Shown piece after piece: positions 30,195-43,308 of a DNA stretch of 64,000 nt. The notes below the pieces were generated by a model. That model was not told the origin of the DNA and searched no databases. It was given only the letters and a program-made list of their open reading frames with translations. Source of the stretch: Macrostomum lignano (taxonomy: Eukaryota); the NCBI GenBank assembly GCA_002269645.1, contig NIVC01003185.1, positions 1,271 through 65,270 of the forward strand, written 5' to 3'. Made by a program: the position numbers and the translations under genes. Within the stretch, counting starts at the first letter, position 1. Each line of letters begins with the position of its first letter.

Positions 30195-33100
30195 CAGGTT
30201 CTGGGCTCGGTACGCACCGAGAACTTCAATCCGCATCTGATCAGCGTAAGAATCAACGAACGAAAACAGCTGAACGTGAGCTCAAATCGGAAGCTGGCCT
30301 ACCTGATGGACCTCAAGACTGTTTGCATCTTTGACCTAGATCGGCAATGCACCATCGGCCAGGTGGATCACGATGTGAAAGTTCATTGGCTGGAGTTGAA
30401 TGAAACCAGCCGGAAGCTGCTGTTCAGAGACAAGAAACTGCGCCTGTTCCTCTACGATGTTGATTCAAGCGAGCGGATCGCCCTACTCAACTATTGCTCC
30501 TACGTGCAGTGGGTACCAGGTAGCGACGTGGTGGTCGCCCAGAGCCGGGACACCCTGTGCATCTGGTACAATGTGGACTCACCAGATCGTATCACCAGCC
30601 TGCCATTAAAAGGTGACATCATCGGTGTGGAGCGCCTGGACGGCAAGACCAACGTGATCGTGCGCGATGGCGCCGCCTCGGTGAATTACATGCTGGACGA
30701 GGACCTGATCGAGTTCGGCACTTCAATGGACGACGGCGATTTTGGCAGGGCTGCGGCTTTCCTGGAATCGCAGGAGCAATCGCCGGAGGTTGAGACAATG
30801 TGGAAGACGCTGGCAGACGCGGCATTGCGTGCTGGCTCCGTGACAGTCGCTGAAAGGTCCTACGCGGCGCTTGGCGATGTTTGCAAAGCCCGCTACCTGC
30901 GACAGGTAAGCTGTGTAGTTGCTAAAAAACAAAAATTATGTTTCTATTGCGATGAAATTAGGTTTCCAGTGCTTGCTACACAACAAAAACAGGTGGACGA
31001 GCTGGTGCAACGGCTGGCAGCGGAGGGCGAGCCGGACCCGCTGCTGCACTACCAAGTGCAGGCAAAACTGGCCCTGCTGGACAGAGACTTCAAACGGGCC
31101 GAGCAGATTTATCTGGAACAGAACGCAGTTGACGAGGCTATCGAGATGTACAAGTCTATGCAACGCTGGGAGCTGGCTCTTGAGGTGGCAATGGTGAAAA
31201 ATCATCCCGAGTTGGAGCAGCTCAAGAAAGGCTACTTGGATTGGCTGAGCCGGACCAATCAGGAAGAGAAGGTAAGAAGGTAGAATGCACAGATGTCTGA
31301 TGTACTGCAGCTAAATAAATTTCAGTCTCTGCCAAGCCTTGAGACTTTATTGGAAATATGTTCCGCATCACACTACTGTAGGTAGTTTAAGTCAAGTAAA
31401 ATGGCAAAAGGACTAACGCCTCCAAAATCTGAATCACGCCGATAATACGCACAAAAGGAATTCCAGTTCAGTTTAGGAAGCATAATATGCCTTTCTTACA
31501 ACTAAAACCCGAACGCAGGTCGGCGAGATGAAAGAGCGCGAAGGCGATTACCAAGGCGCCATCTCTTTCTACCTGAAATCCGGTCTGCCCGGCCGGGCCG
31601 CCCAGCTGGCTTTGAGTCGCGACGAGCTGCGCTCGAACAACGACCTGATGAGCCGCATCGCGACCGCTTTAGAACGGGCCGAACTGTTTGAAAAAGCTGG
31701 CGAACTATTCGAACGCATCGGCAACAATACTGAGGCTATGAAGTGCTACAGGCGCGCTAAGGCGTTTCTTCGAGCCGTGGACTTGGCGCGGCACGCCTAC
31801 CCTTCTGAGGTGGTCCGCCTGGAGGAGGAATGGGGCAACTACCTGGCCATGCAGAAACAGATGGACGCAGCTGTACAGCACTTTATCGAGGCCGGAGTTT
31901 ACACCAAAGCTGTGGACGCTGCTATTGGATCGCGACAGTGGCTCAAGGTATTTAGTATAGGTCGACTTGAGAAGCCTAGTTAAAATGCTCTGGAAATACC
32001 AAATGGCCTGAGAACAACCGCTATCTATGAAACGCATTGAGAAAATGAAATAGAGGGGCTTGTAGCCTTGGTGGTCAGAGCGTCGGACTCACGACTTGAA
32101 GGTCGGGGATTCGATTCCTGATTCCACTGGGACACTTTGTATCCTTTGTGCAAGACACTTAACTCTGCATTGCTTCAGTTCACCGAGCTGTAAAATGGGT
32201 GCCAGAATTAGCTGGGGTAATTGAGGCTGTGTGTGACGACCCCTCCCCCCCAGTCCTTGGACTGAACAGCCGTACGCAGCCTTCAGATGCGCCGCGCAAT
32301 AGCTGCGGCTGAGCTGTCCGGTTGCCGCATTAATACAGATGTAATCAATTATTGTTATTATTACGATTATCATCGTAATTATTTTAGAGATATTCAATTT
32401 TAAGTTTACTCTCTTTCCGGCTTATTGCGAGCGAATCACGGCCGAATTTCGCGATTAGACGTCAAATTTAACCTGGGAATCACTTTTTGTAAATAGGAAA
32501 TTCGTTAGAAAAAAAACTAAAAATTACGCCTACGATCGTAAATGACTTCATAACTAGTTTACCTATAAACTGGCCCATTTAGTGTTAAGTACAGCTGCAC
32601 GATAAGAAGTAAGATTCAAGGTCACGTCAGGATTGTACATGCTGATAAGCGGCGTCTCTGAGAATGCATTACTCCACTTCAACACTTCGCAGGCGGTAGA
32701 GATTCTGCGCAACATGGGCGACGCGCCAAATTTGAAGCCCTACTACGAAAAGTTGGCCATCCATTTTGCTTCCACAATGGAGCTTGACATCGCCGAGCAG
32801 ATGTACGTTCAAGCTGGCAATGTGAAGCAGGCAATCGCCATGTACACGGACGCTGGCAGGCTGGAGGATGCGCACCGGCTGGCGAACAGCCACATGGACC
32901 GGCACGAGTTCAGCCAGATGTACACTAAACAGGCTGACGAGGCCGAAGCAGCCGGCAGGTACAAGGAGGCCGAGAAACTTTTCCTCACTATTGGCCAGGT
33001 AGATCGAGCCATCCGGATGTACAGAAATGCTCGAATGCACCATGACACGATGCGTCTAGTGCGACAGCACGATCCTGCTAATCTGGCGCAAACTCAGGTA

Positions 33101-36100
33101 AAGTAACGACCCTATATGAGACTGTCATCTGTTTTTCCTTCTTTTTCGATTTCTCCCTTCTCTCTTTTTCCATGGTGTCGCGGTAGGACTTCCTTCCGTA
33201 CTAACCGTTTAGATCGCCTTTCAAGTTTACAAGACCATATAAGACGAAAGAGACAACTGTTTGAATCTGACAATTTTCTTGGTACTCGTAACTCTATCAA
33301 AAATATTTTGATAATAACTTTTTAGGCGGCCGTAGCAGCCCAGCTGGCCGAAGAGGGCAACCACAGGCAGGCGGAGCAGTTCTTCTTGGAAGCCGGCGAT
33401 TGGAAGGCCGCTGTGAAGATGTACCGCCAGCTGGACATGTGGGAGGACGCCTACAGGGTGGCTAAGAATCACGGCGAGGGACCGGCGGCCAAGCAGGTGG
33501 CCTATTACTGGGCCAGGCACCTGGGCGGAGAGTCGGCAGTTAAACTGCTTACTAGGTATGGTGGATGCCGAGTCTGTCTGTTTGTATTTCTTATCGTCCT
33601 TACTAGGGGAACGCAGCCCAGTAGTCTAGCGCGCCGCTCTGATGTGCCAGAGCGGTCCCAGGCTCGATTCCAAGTGCAGTCACATTAATTTTGGGCTAAA
33701 TTGGAATCTCGGCTTGGCTCTGCTCGTGCAATTAACGGCCTTGAGGCCCAAACCCCAAGACTCAGTGAAGTGTCCATGCCTAGCAATAAATAAGTTAGAG
33801 CCGCTTTACACTCCTGTGCGAGTGTGTGCCTGCTCAGGGGAGTCGGCGGAATGGGCAGTAATGCCTCTCGCCGGTTGTGTGACAATGTCGCTTAAAGTGT
33901 GCCAGGGTGCACAGGCCTCTATTAATAAGAAATCGTGACTGTTTGCAGATTTTTTGTCTGCATTTGTGCCTTGCATTTAAGTGCCCTTAATGTTTCAAGT
34001 TTTAAATAAGGTCCTCCTCTAGAAGCCTTGTTGCATAAAACCATCCTTCAGATTCGGCCTGTTGGAATCAGCCATCGACACCGCCATCGAGAACTCGGCG
34101 TTCGACTTTGCTTTCGAACTATCAAAGAATCTCATGCAGCATAAGACGCCCGAGATACACTTAAAGTACGCCATGTTTTTGGAAGACGAAGGCAAATTTG
34201 CCGAGGCTGAGGAGCACTTCATCAAGGCTAACAAGCCCAAGGAGGCTGTGCTCATGCACGTGCACGCTCGTAACTGGGACGCGGCAAGACGCGTAGCGGA
34301 GAAACACGACAAGGGCTCGATCCCTGACATCCTGGCCGGTCAGGCTCGTCTAGCATTCGAAGAGAAGGAGTTCCAGAAGGCCGAGGCGCTGCTGCTACGG
34401 GCAGAACGACCAGAATTGGCCGTGAAATTCTACAAAGAGGCCGGCATGAAGACGGACGCGTTGCGAGTGTGCAAAGAGTACCTGCCGCATAAACTGGCCC
34501 AGCTCTCTGTGAGTTGCCTCCACAGCTGTGTCTCTGCCTGTATGTCCTATTGTCTTTGGCTGTGTCAGTGTCTGTCAATCCCTACCAAGCTGTGTCAGTG
34601 TCTATCTATTCTTACCAAGCTGTATCAGTGTCTATCAATCCCTACCAAGCTGTATCAGTGTCTGTCACTTCCTACCAAGCTGTGTCAGTGTCTGTCAATC
34701 CCTACCAAGCTGTGTCAGTGTCTGTCAATCCCTACCAAGCTGTGTCAGTGTCTGTCAATCCCTACCAAGCTGTGTCAGTGTCTGTCACTTCCTACCAAGC
34801 TGTGTCAGTGTCTGTCAATCCCTACCAAGCTGTGTCAGTGTCTGTCAATTCCTACCAAGCTGTGTCAGTGTCTGTCAATCCCTACCAAGCTGTGTCAGTG
34901 TCTGTCAATTCCTACCAAGCTGTGTCAGTGTCTGTCAATCCCTACCAAGCTGTGTCAGTGTCTAAATTCCTAGAGTTGTCAGTTTCTTGCATTTTTGTCT
35001 GACAATACGTTTAATCCTTTTTATCGACTGTCGCCGCATGCACCACAGGAGGAGCTCGAGTACGAGGCCACCGCCCAGAAAGCGGACGGCATTCAGAATC
35101 TGATCAGAGAGGCCAAACAATACGAGGCCTCTGGTAACCACCTGAAAGCGGTGGAGATGTACCTGAAGCTCACAACCGACGTCACGAACGACGAGTCGAT
35201 GTTGGCAGGCGCCTGGCGCAAAGCCGCCGACCTCGCCGTGAAATTCCTTAGCGCCGACAAGCACGAAAAAGTGGTAGACATTGTTGCCAACCGGCTGAAA
35301 TCGATCGGGCGTCACGCGGACGCAGCCGAGGTCTACCTGCGCGTAGAGATGGTCCAAGAGTGCGTGGACGCCTACATCAGCGCCGAGGATTGGTCTAACG
35401 CGCGACGGGTTGCTAAGCAACTGGAGCCAAGACTAAACAGCTACATTGAGACAAAGTACAAGGAAAGCCTAACCTCGGCTGGCAACGCTCAGGTGAGAGA
35501 GATTCCGATTGAACCCCTAGGCCCAGGGTTCGATTCCTCTATGCGTGCCTGTGCAGCAATCCGTGTGCTTGGCTTTTGAAATGTTTTAAGCTTAACGTCT
35601 GGTGGTTTTGAATGGTCGTAAAACTCACGATCCTTGAACGATGGTTGGTTGGTTGTACTGCAGTGACAAACGCAGAATTTTTAATTGGAGGGGGATGCAA
35701 CTCTAATGGAGGGGCTGGCAGCAGCAGCCTGAAGGGTCAGCTCAAGCGCCTGCAAGTCAGCAATGAGGCAGTCCGTTAGAGTGGCAGTGCGGGCCTGGCC
35801 GCGGCGCCATTGCTCGGTTGACCGGTGCAGCATGGCCAGGGGCAGGATGGACGGGCGCACCGTAGCCCAGGGTCCGTAGGCAGTGGCCCAGCAGCATCTG
35901 ACGGCGCCGGCGCAGGGTAGTGGAGCGATGGCGGAGTTCCAGCGTGGGCCATCAGAGCGTTGGTCGGCAGGCGCTCCGGGTAGTGCACGCCCAGCGCGTA
36001 GTGAAGCAGCGGTCGGTAGAGCGCGTCCAGGGCTCGCTCTCGCGTCTCGGTCAGCGGCACAGCCTCAATATGCCGTACAGGAGGATCGGCACCAAGTCTA

Positions 36101-38097
36101 GTGGATCGGCATACTTAGACCGCAGGCTGACACGAGCGATTGTTGGCTATAGAGGCTAAAGAGTTGAGCAAGACGCTTCAGCACTCAATACAGAACTATT
36201 GAATGCCTCAATGACTGCAAGTTGGTGTCCTTAAAATTCATAAACTAGCTAAATTTCATTAGTGAGTACATGCCTGACTATCAGGAAATCAGGGCCGCTG
36301 TAAACCCTGTGTGAGCGTGTTTATGAGTGCGCTTGCATGTGCTCAGGAGTGCCAGGGTGCCCAAACTTTGTTTTTAACGATAACGCCAACAACACTTCAC
36401 ACGAACCCAGGAGCTGGCAGCCACAGGCGACGTTGGATCCGCTGTTGACATGCTCGCCGCCAAAGGCCAATGGGAAAAGTGCCTCGCCATGGCCGAGAAG
36501 CAGGACTACAAGCTGCTGCACAAATATGTGGCCATGTACGCTACCAATCTCATCAAGGAGGGCAATACGGAGGCGGCATTGACGCTCTACGTGAAACACG
36601 GCGCCCCGGCGTTCCAGCAGAACTACAACATCTACCGCAAGATATTTAAGGACGTCATCAGCATGCGGGACATGTGCAAGCCTGGTGCCTATCCGATCTG
36701 GGCCGACCTGCGCGACTTCCTGCTCAATTTGGTGCACAATTTGGAGAAGTCCTCGGACAGGGGCTCGCAGGATCACGAACTGTTTGACCAGCTGCTAACT
36801 ATTGGGCACTACTGTGCCATTCGGTTAGTACTTGCCGACTGGCTTCTCAGACTCCAGGAGCCAGGGCCAGACCCCTTTACCCAAGAGGGCTAAGACAGAC
36901 AGCTCACTCTTTAATTACTTTTTCACTCACTCATAATAGCCACCTCACACCGAAATTAAGCTATGAACCCAGCTAAACACATCGCACGAATAACTAGATG
37001 AAAATTAAAATTGCTACTATCGAGTTTAAACCCCGAATCGTCATCACAGGTCAGCGATGCTGTCGGACGACTCTTTAAAGCCGCAAGCGACCAAAGTGGC
37101 CATCAGTCTGCTGCGATACACGGAGTACATGCCGGCCGACAAGGCCTTCTACGAGGCTGGTATAATGTGCAAATCCATCGGCTGGGATAACATGGCATTC
37201 GTGTTCCTCAATCACTATTTGGATCTAATCGAAGCGATCGAGGATCAGGACGATTCGTCCTTAAATCATTCGGATTTCGAGGGCACGGACATACCAGCCG
37301 AAGTGCCTCTGCCAGCCTCGCCCCACACTAACAGTACAGAGTACGAAGAGGTGAGTACTCGCCGAGTATGCATGGGCGTTTTAGAATACCTAGATAGATT
37401 AAATGATTAATAGTTTAGGCTTTTTAAGGGGTGTAGATTGGATTCAAAGGGTGCAGTTTGGATTCAAGGGGTGCAGTTTGGATTCAAGGGGTGTAGTTTG
37501 GATTCAAGAGATGTAGCCTGGATTCAAGGGGTGTAGTTTGGTTTCAAGGGGTGTGGTTTGGATTGAAGGGGTGTGGCTTGGATTCAAGAGATGCAGTTTG
37601 GATTCAAGAGATGTAGCTTGGATTCAATGGGTGTAGCTTGGATTCAAGGGGTGTAGCCTGGATTCAAGAGATGTAGCTTGGATTCAAGAGATTTGGTTTG
37701 GATTCAAGGGAGTAGCCTGGATTCAATGATGTAGCACCAATGATTAGCATAATGCTTTAACAAGATCCACCCTTAACCGCAGGTGAAAGCCTGGATCCTG
37801 GAAGTATCAATGAACCAACGCATGGAACAGACGCTGCCGAAAGACAATCGAGGCATATTCGAGGCCTCACTAATTGGCGGCCAGATGAGCCCCTATCCGC
37901 CATGCGTGATCACCGGTTACCCGGTGCTAGAGACTGGCGTGCAGTTTAAACGGACGGACAAGACGGCTAACAAAGACGATTATAACAAGATGCTGACGGC
38001 CACTAAGATGAGCCACTCTGTGGACTGCCAGGATGTGCTGAAATTCATCACGAACTGGTGCGGCAATCTGCCAATGCCGACTTACTCGTTCAAGTGA
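30195..38097 (+). pseudogene. IFT172: 5'-truncated IFT172 copy (from within exon 2 through exon 11 and the stop), lacking about the first 424 codons
   Basis: Identical to 19995-27897. It lacks exon 1 and the promoter, but the remaining exons are intact. Confidence 0.9.
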
Positions 38098-38679
38098 TTT
38101 GGAACGAAAATACAGGATTGCTGAACATATATACTACTAATAGCGACTCGGACTTTGAGCCTAATTAACGCCTACTTTTCTCGTTTAATAATTACTGTTC
38201 TGTTTTCTACAACCAAGACAAAATAAAGAGAGATTATAAATACGAAAGTCGATATTGCACCTGAACGTTTTCAATAGCCTTTGAGCAATATACAGAAATA
38301 AAAAATAATATTGTACGGAAGTAGAATAAATGTACTTCCTTTAATAAATTTCTGCTTGTTTATACTTTGCACCATTTAAAAACTAAAAAGAACACACCGA
38401 CAAGAAGTCTTTGGTTAATACTTGATACTGACGTAAAAAGAACATATAGGGAAGAGCGATGAAAAAAGATAGCCAAAACTGCATCAAAGAGCAGAGTTAC
38501 TGCTGAGCCATTCCGCTGACTCTTGAGCATACATGAGCACATGAGCTAGTCTAGGATACGTACTTCTGACACACCATCAATAAAAACTGGCACAATGGCC
38601 CGATGACAAAAAAAACAGAATCACAAAAACTGACGCGAGTCTGTGTCATAATCAACTGACGCTATTGGGTGAAAAACTG

Positions 38680-41600
38680 TCAAAGACCCGCTCGCCCAAT
38701 ACTGATAGCTTTGCACAACCATTTCGGCGACACGAGCGACACCAGGAAGCTGGGAATGCTGATGCCCGCGAGCGCTAATGAGAGCAGCAGACAGCCAATT
38801 AGACAGACGAGCGAAGTCAGGGTTGGTGCCAGGGACATAACAGGATTTGAAGGACTGTTGAGTAGAGTCTGCGGTGTAGTAGAGGGTAGCAAATTGCTAT
38901 TAGTTGGTTCATGAAGCTAAGAATGATAGCACTGACTGAATGTGGACCGTGTCTTTGTGGGGCCTGACTCATCTGACTCAATGTGGACCGTGTCTTTGTG
39001 GGGCCTGACACATCTGACTCAATGTGGACCGTGTCTCTAAGAGGCCTGACTCTTCTGACTCAATTTAGACCGTGTCTTTGTGGGGCCTGACTCATCTGAC
39101 TCAATGTTGATCGTGTCTTTGAGGGGCCTGACACATCTGACTCAATGTTGATCCGTCTTTGAGGGGCCTGACACATCTGACTCAATGTTGATCGTGTCTT
39201 TGAGGGGCCTGACACATCTGACTCAATGTTGATCCGTCTTTGAGGGGCCTGACACATCTGACTCAATGTTGATCCTGTCTTTGTGGGGCCTGACACATCT
39301 GACTCAATGTTGATCGTGTCTTTGAGGGGCCTGACACATCTGACTCAATGTGGACCGTGTCTCTAAGAGGCCTGACACATCTGACTCAATGTTGATCGTG
39401 TCTTTGAGGGGCCTGACACATCTGACTCAATGTTGATCGTGTCTTTGAGGGGCCTGACACATCTGACTCAATGTTGATCGTGTCTTTGAGGGGCCTGACA
39501 CATCTGACTCAATGTTGATCGTGTCTTTGAGGGGCCTGACACATCTGACTCAATGTAGACCGTGTCTCTAAGAGGCCTGACTCTTCTAAGTCAATGTTGA
39601 TCGTGTCTTTGAGGGGCCTGACACATCTGACTCAATGTTGATCCGTCTTTGAGGGGCCTGACACATCTGACTCAATGTTGATCGTGTCTTTGAGGGGCCT
39701 GACACATCTGACTCAATGTTGATCCGTCTTTGAGGGGCCTGACACATCTGACTCAATGTTGATCCTGTCTTTGTGGGGCCTGACACATCTGACTCAATGT
39801 TGATCGTGTCTTTGAGGGGCCTGACACATCTGACTCAATGTGGACCGTGTCTCTAAGAGGCCTGACACATCTGACTCAATGTTGATCGTGTCTTTGAGGG
39901 GCCTGACACATCTGACTCAATGTTGATCGTGTCTTTGAGGGGCCTGACACATCTGACTCAATGTTGATCGTGTCTTTGAGGGGCCTGACACATCTGACTC
40001 AATGTTGATCGTGTCTTTGAGGGGCCTGACACATCTGACTCAATGTAGACCGTGTCTCTAAGAGGCCTGACTCTTCTAAGTCAATGTTGATCGTGTCTTT
40101 GAGGGGCCTGACACATCTGACTCAATGTTGATCGTGTCTTTGAGGGGCCTGACACATCTGACTCAATGTTGATCGTGTCTTTGAGGGGCCTGACACATCT
40201 GACTCAATGTAGACCGTGTCTCTAAGAGGCCTGACTCTTCTGACTCAATGTTGATCGTGTCTTTGAGAGTCCTGACTCATCTGACTACAAATATAGACTG
40301 GGATTTAGCAAAGCCGGATAAAACTCTTAAGAAGACCCACCAGCAGCGAGCAGAGCAGGTGACTTGACCACACAGCTGCGAGCAGGTGCAGTTTACGGCT
40401 CTCCAGACAGGCGAACGTCACCACAGTCCAGCAGATGTTCAGACAGGAGAACAGCAGGGCCAGACAGGCGGACACCAGCAGGAAAGCTTCGTGCTCACCG
40501 GCCAAACCGACGGAGCCGGGGCCGGACACGTCAGCCAGCAGGTTCACCATGGCGAATGCCCCGGACATGAAGCCGAAGCCGAGGCCGCACACTGCCGGAG
40601 GGAGTGACAATGGCGATTAATGAGAGTGACAATGTCGATGCATGAGAGTGACGATGGCGACGGATGAGAGTGACAATGGCGATGGATGAGAGTGACAATG
40701 TGGATGGATGAGAGTGACAATGGCGACGGATGAGAGTGACAATGGCGATAGATGAGAGTAATAATGTTGATGAATGAGTGACAATAGCGATGGATGAGAG
40801 TGACGATGGCGATGGATGAGAGTGACAATGTCGAAGGATGAGAGTGACAATGGCGATGGATGGGAGTGACAATGACGATGGATAATAGTGACAATTGCGA
40901 TGGATGAGAGTGACAATGGCGATAGATGAGAGTGACAATGTCGAAGGATGAGAGTGACAATGGCGACGGATGAGAGTGACAATGGCGATGGATGAAAGTG
41001 ACAATGGCGACGGATGAGAGCGACAATGGCGATAGATGAGAGTGACAATGGCGATAGATGAGAGTGACAATGGCGATGGATGAAAGTGACAATGCAACGG
41101 ATGAGAGTGACAATGGCGATAGATGAAAGTGAAAATGTCGATGGATGAGTGACAATGTCGATGGATGAGAGTGACAATGGCGATGGATGAGAGTGACAAT
41201 GTCGATGAATGAGAGTGACAATGGAGATGGATGAAAGTGAAAATGTCGATGGATGAGAGTGACAATTGCGATGGATGAGAGTGACAATGGCGATGGATGA
41301 GTGACATTGTCGATGGATGAGAGTGACAATTGCGATGGATGAAAGTGACAATGTCGATGGATGAGAGTGACATCGATGAATGGGAGTGACAATGGCGATG
41401 GATAAGAGTGACAATATTGATGGATGAGAGTGACAATAGCGATGGATGAGAGTGACAATGGCGATAAATGAGAGTGACAATGGCGATAAATGAGAGGGAA
41501 AAAGGCGATGGATAATAGTGACAATGGTAAGAGTGAGTGTCATCGGGATAGGTGAAGTAGATAACAGTACGCTCATAACTAAAGAGTGACAACAACAGAT

Positions 41601-42863
41601 ACACCGAGGGTGACATTCACTAATTCCCCTCACCATAGGACAGGCTGTTCAAGTCTAGAATCTGAGAGCCAGAACTGCTTGGACGCGTCTCCTGCGTGAG
41701 CCTGACCCGGTCGACACGGGTCCGAGACGAACCCGACAGCGAGACAACGCTTGGCTGCGCTGCGGCACCCGGACTAACGACAACAGCGGCGGAGGCTGCC
41801 GTCACCGAGACAACGGCAGAATCGCCGGTAGCTTCGTTGGAATCAGCCAACGTCCGGGTCGATTCCCCTTCTTCGGCTACGGCAATTTTTTGTAGCCCCA
41901 ACTGCGCTTTTCTACAATGACAGTTGAGGCATAAGGACATTACGAGTACAAGCAGCGCTGAGGGCAATGCTGCCGTTCCGCTGACTCATGAGAGCACACA
42001 CAAAGCGCACCAGTACTGTACACAGACACGCACTCATACACACGCTCACACAGGGTGTACAGCTGCCATTTGACTTTCTAATCGTCAGGCATGTACACTT
42101 TCTGTGCCTTGGGCGGTTGGCCCTCATGGCTGAGAATCGCAGGACAGGCCACCCCAACCCACGACAATCGCACGACAACCCACCCCAACCCACGACAATC
42201 GCACGACAACCCACCCCAACCGCACGACAACCCATCCCAACCCACGACAATCGCACGACAACCCATCCCAACCCACGATTATCGCACGACAACCCACCCC
42301 AACCCACGACAACCCACCCCAACCCACGACAACCCACCCCAACCCACGACAACCCACCCCAACCCACCCCAACCCACGACAACCCACCCCAACCCACGAC
42401 AACCCACCCCAACCCACGACAATCGCACGACAACCCACCCAATAATTTCTGTATTCTACTAAACTAAATCATTTCAACAGATTTTCCTGTGCCCGATAGT
42501 TGTTGTCTATGGTAAAAAGCATTCAAATGCTACTCACTTCAACAAGTAGTACAAGGCTACACGAATCATTTCCTGGAAAATCACCGATACAACCATGCCG
42601 AAGGCCAGATAGCCGCGCAGTGGCACAATTGCGTACCATACTACTGCCGAAAGTAGCAATGACAGCAACCAGAAAAACGAACTAAATTTGTTTAAAAAAA
42701 GATGATTATTAAATGCGGTAAATTCTATATAAATATTGACAATAACAAACCTGCATGTTAAAATGATAATCTTCAATGGATTACTGGCCACAGTAAAAGC
42801 GAACATAACCAATACGGGAGAAAATGCCACCAGAGAGCAGCCGAAAAACTCCATTAAAGTCAT
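38680..42863 (-). CDS. APH1: Gamma-secretase subunit APH-1 (324 aa); exons 42751-42863, 42538-42681, 41634-41911, 40341-40591, 38680-38868
   Basis: In-frame GT-AG splicing (975 nt). MTLMEFFGCSLVAF..., SSFFWLLSLLLS, FQEMIR, YVCGLGFGFMSG (GxxxG), W..V.F, SHLL and TLLN match APH-1 transmembrane motifs. Confidence 0.93.
38932..40288. repeat. Minisatellite, 41-bp unit (APH-1 intron 4)
   Basis: Identical to 28732-30088. Confidence 0.95.
40600..41530. repeat. Minisatellite, 22-bp unit ATGGCGATGGATGAGAGTGACA (APH-1 intron 3)
   Basis: Period 22 measured (40981 and 41003), about 42 copies. It runs almost to the splice acceptor. Confidence 0.95.
41915..42150 (-). mobile_element. Diverged SINE-family-1-related body in APH-1 intron 2
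   Basis: The minus strand reads GCCATGAGGGCCAACCGCCCAAGGCACAGAAAGTGTACATGCCTGACG...GAGTCAGCGGAACGGCAG, which aligns by eye to family 1. Similar fragments lie at about 26062-26160, 28268-28345 and 43985-44095. Confidence 0.65.
42148..42441. repeat. C/A-rich minisatellite, ~20-bp unit ACCCACCCCAACCCACGACA (APH-1 intron 2)
   Basis: Seen directly. Variants carry an ATCGCACGACA insert. Confidence 0.9.
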
Positions 42864-43038
42864 GCCGGCACTTTCTAGGCGGCTTGTCACGTTTGAACAA
42901 GCAGAAATATTAGCGAGATTTATTTATTGGATTGTTTTATATAGCTAAGGACACTACTTGTATGAGTCTGAATAGAATGTTGCTGTTTAAATTTGCCGCA
43001 ATCAAGCAAAATATCCTCGATATAGATATTTGTAGCTT

Positions 43039-43308
43039 TAATAATAATAATAATAACTGAATACACCTGCCCTAATAAGTAAATAAATGGCATCTGAATT
43101 CTGAAGGCTGCGTACGGCTGTTCAGTCTAAGGACTGGGGGGTCGCCACACACCCTCAATTACCCCAGCTAATGCTGGCACCCATTTTACAGCTGGGTGAA
43201 CTGAAGCAATGCAGAGTTAAGTGTCTTGCTCAATCAAGACACAAATTGTTCAAGACACGAGTGAGTTGAGAATCGAACCACCGACGCTCTACCCACTATC
43301 CTACAACC
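43039..43308 (-). mobile_element. CORE-like SINE family 2 copy between CWC27 and APH-1
   Basis: Reverse-complement homologue of 21855-22170 with an (AAT)n tail. Confidence 0.8.

Larger units (their letters stand above)
19995..40394. repeat. Head-to-tail tandem duplication, 2 x 10,200 bp (19995-30194 and 30195-40394)
   Basis: All ORFs recur at +10200. Compared lines, including minisatellite variants, are identical. Similarity starts at 19994/30194 and ends at 30194/40394 (1-nt T microhomology). Confidence 0.98.
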
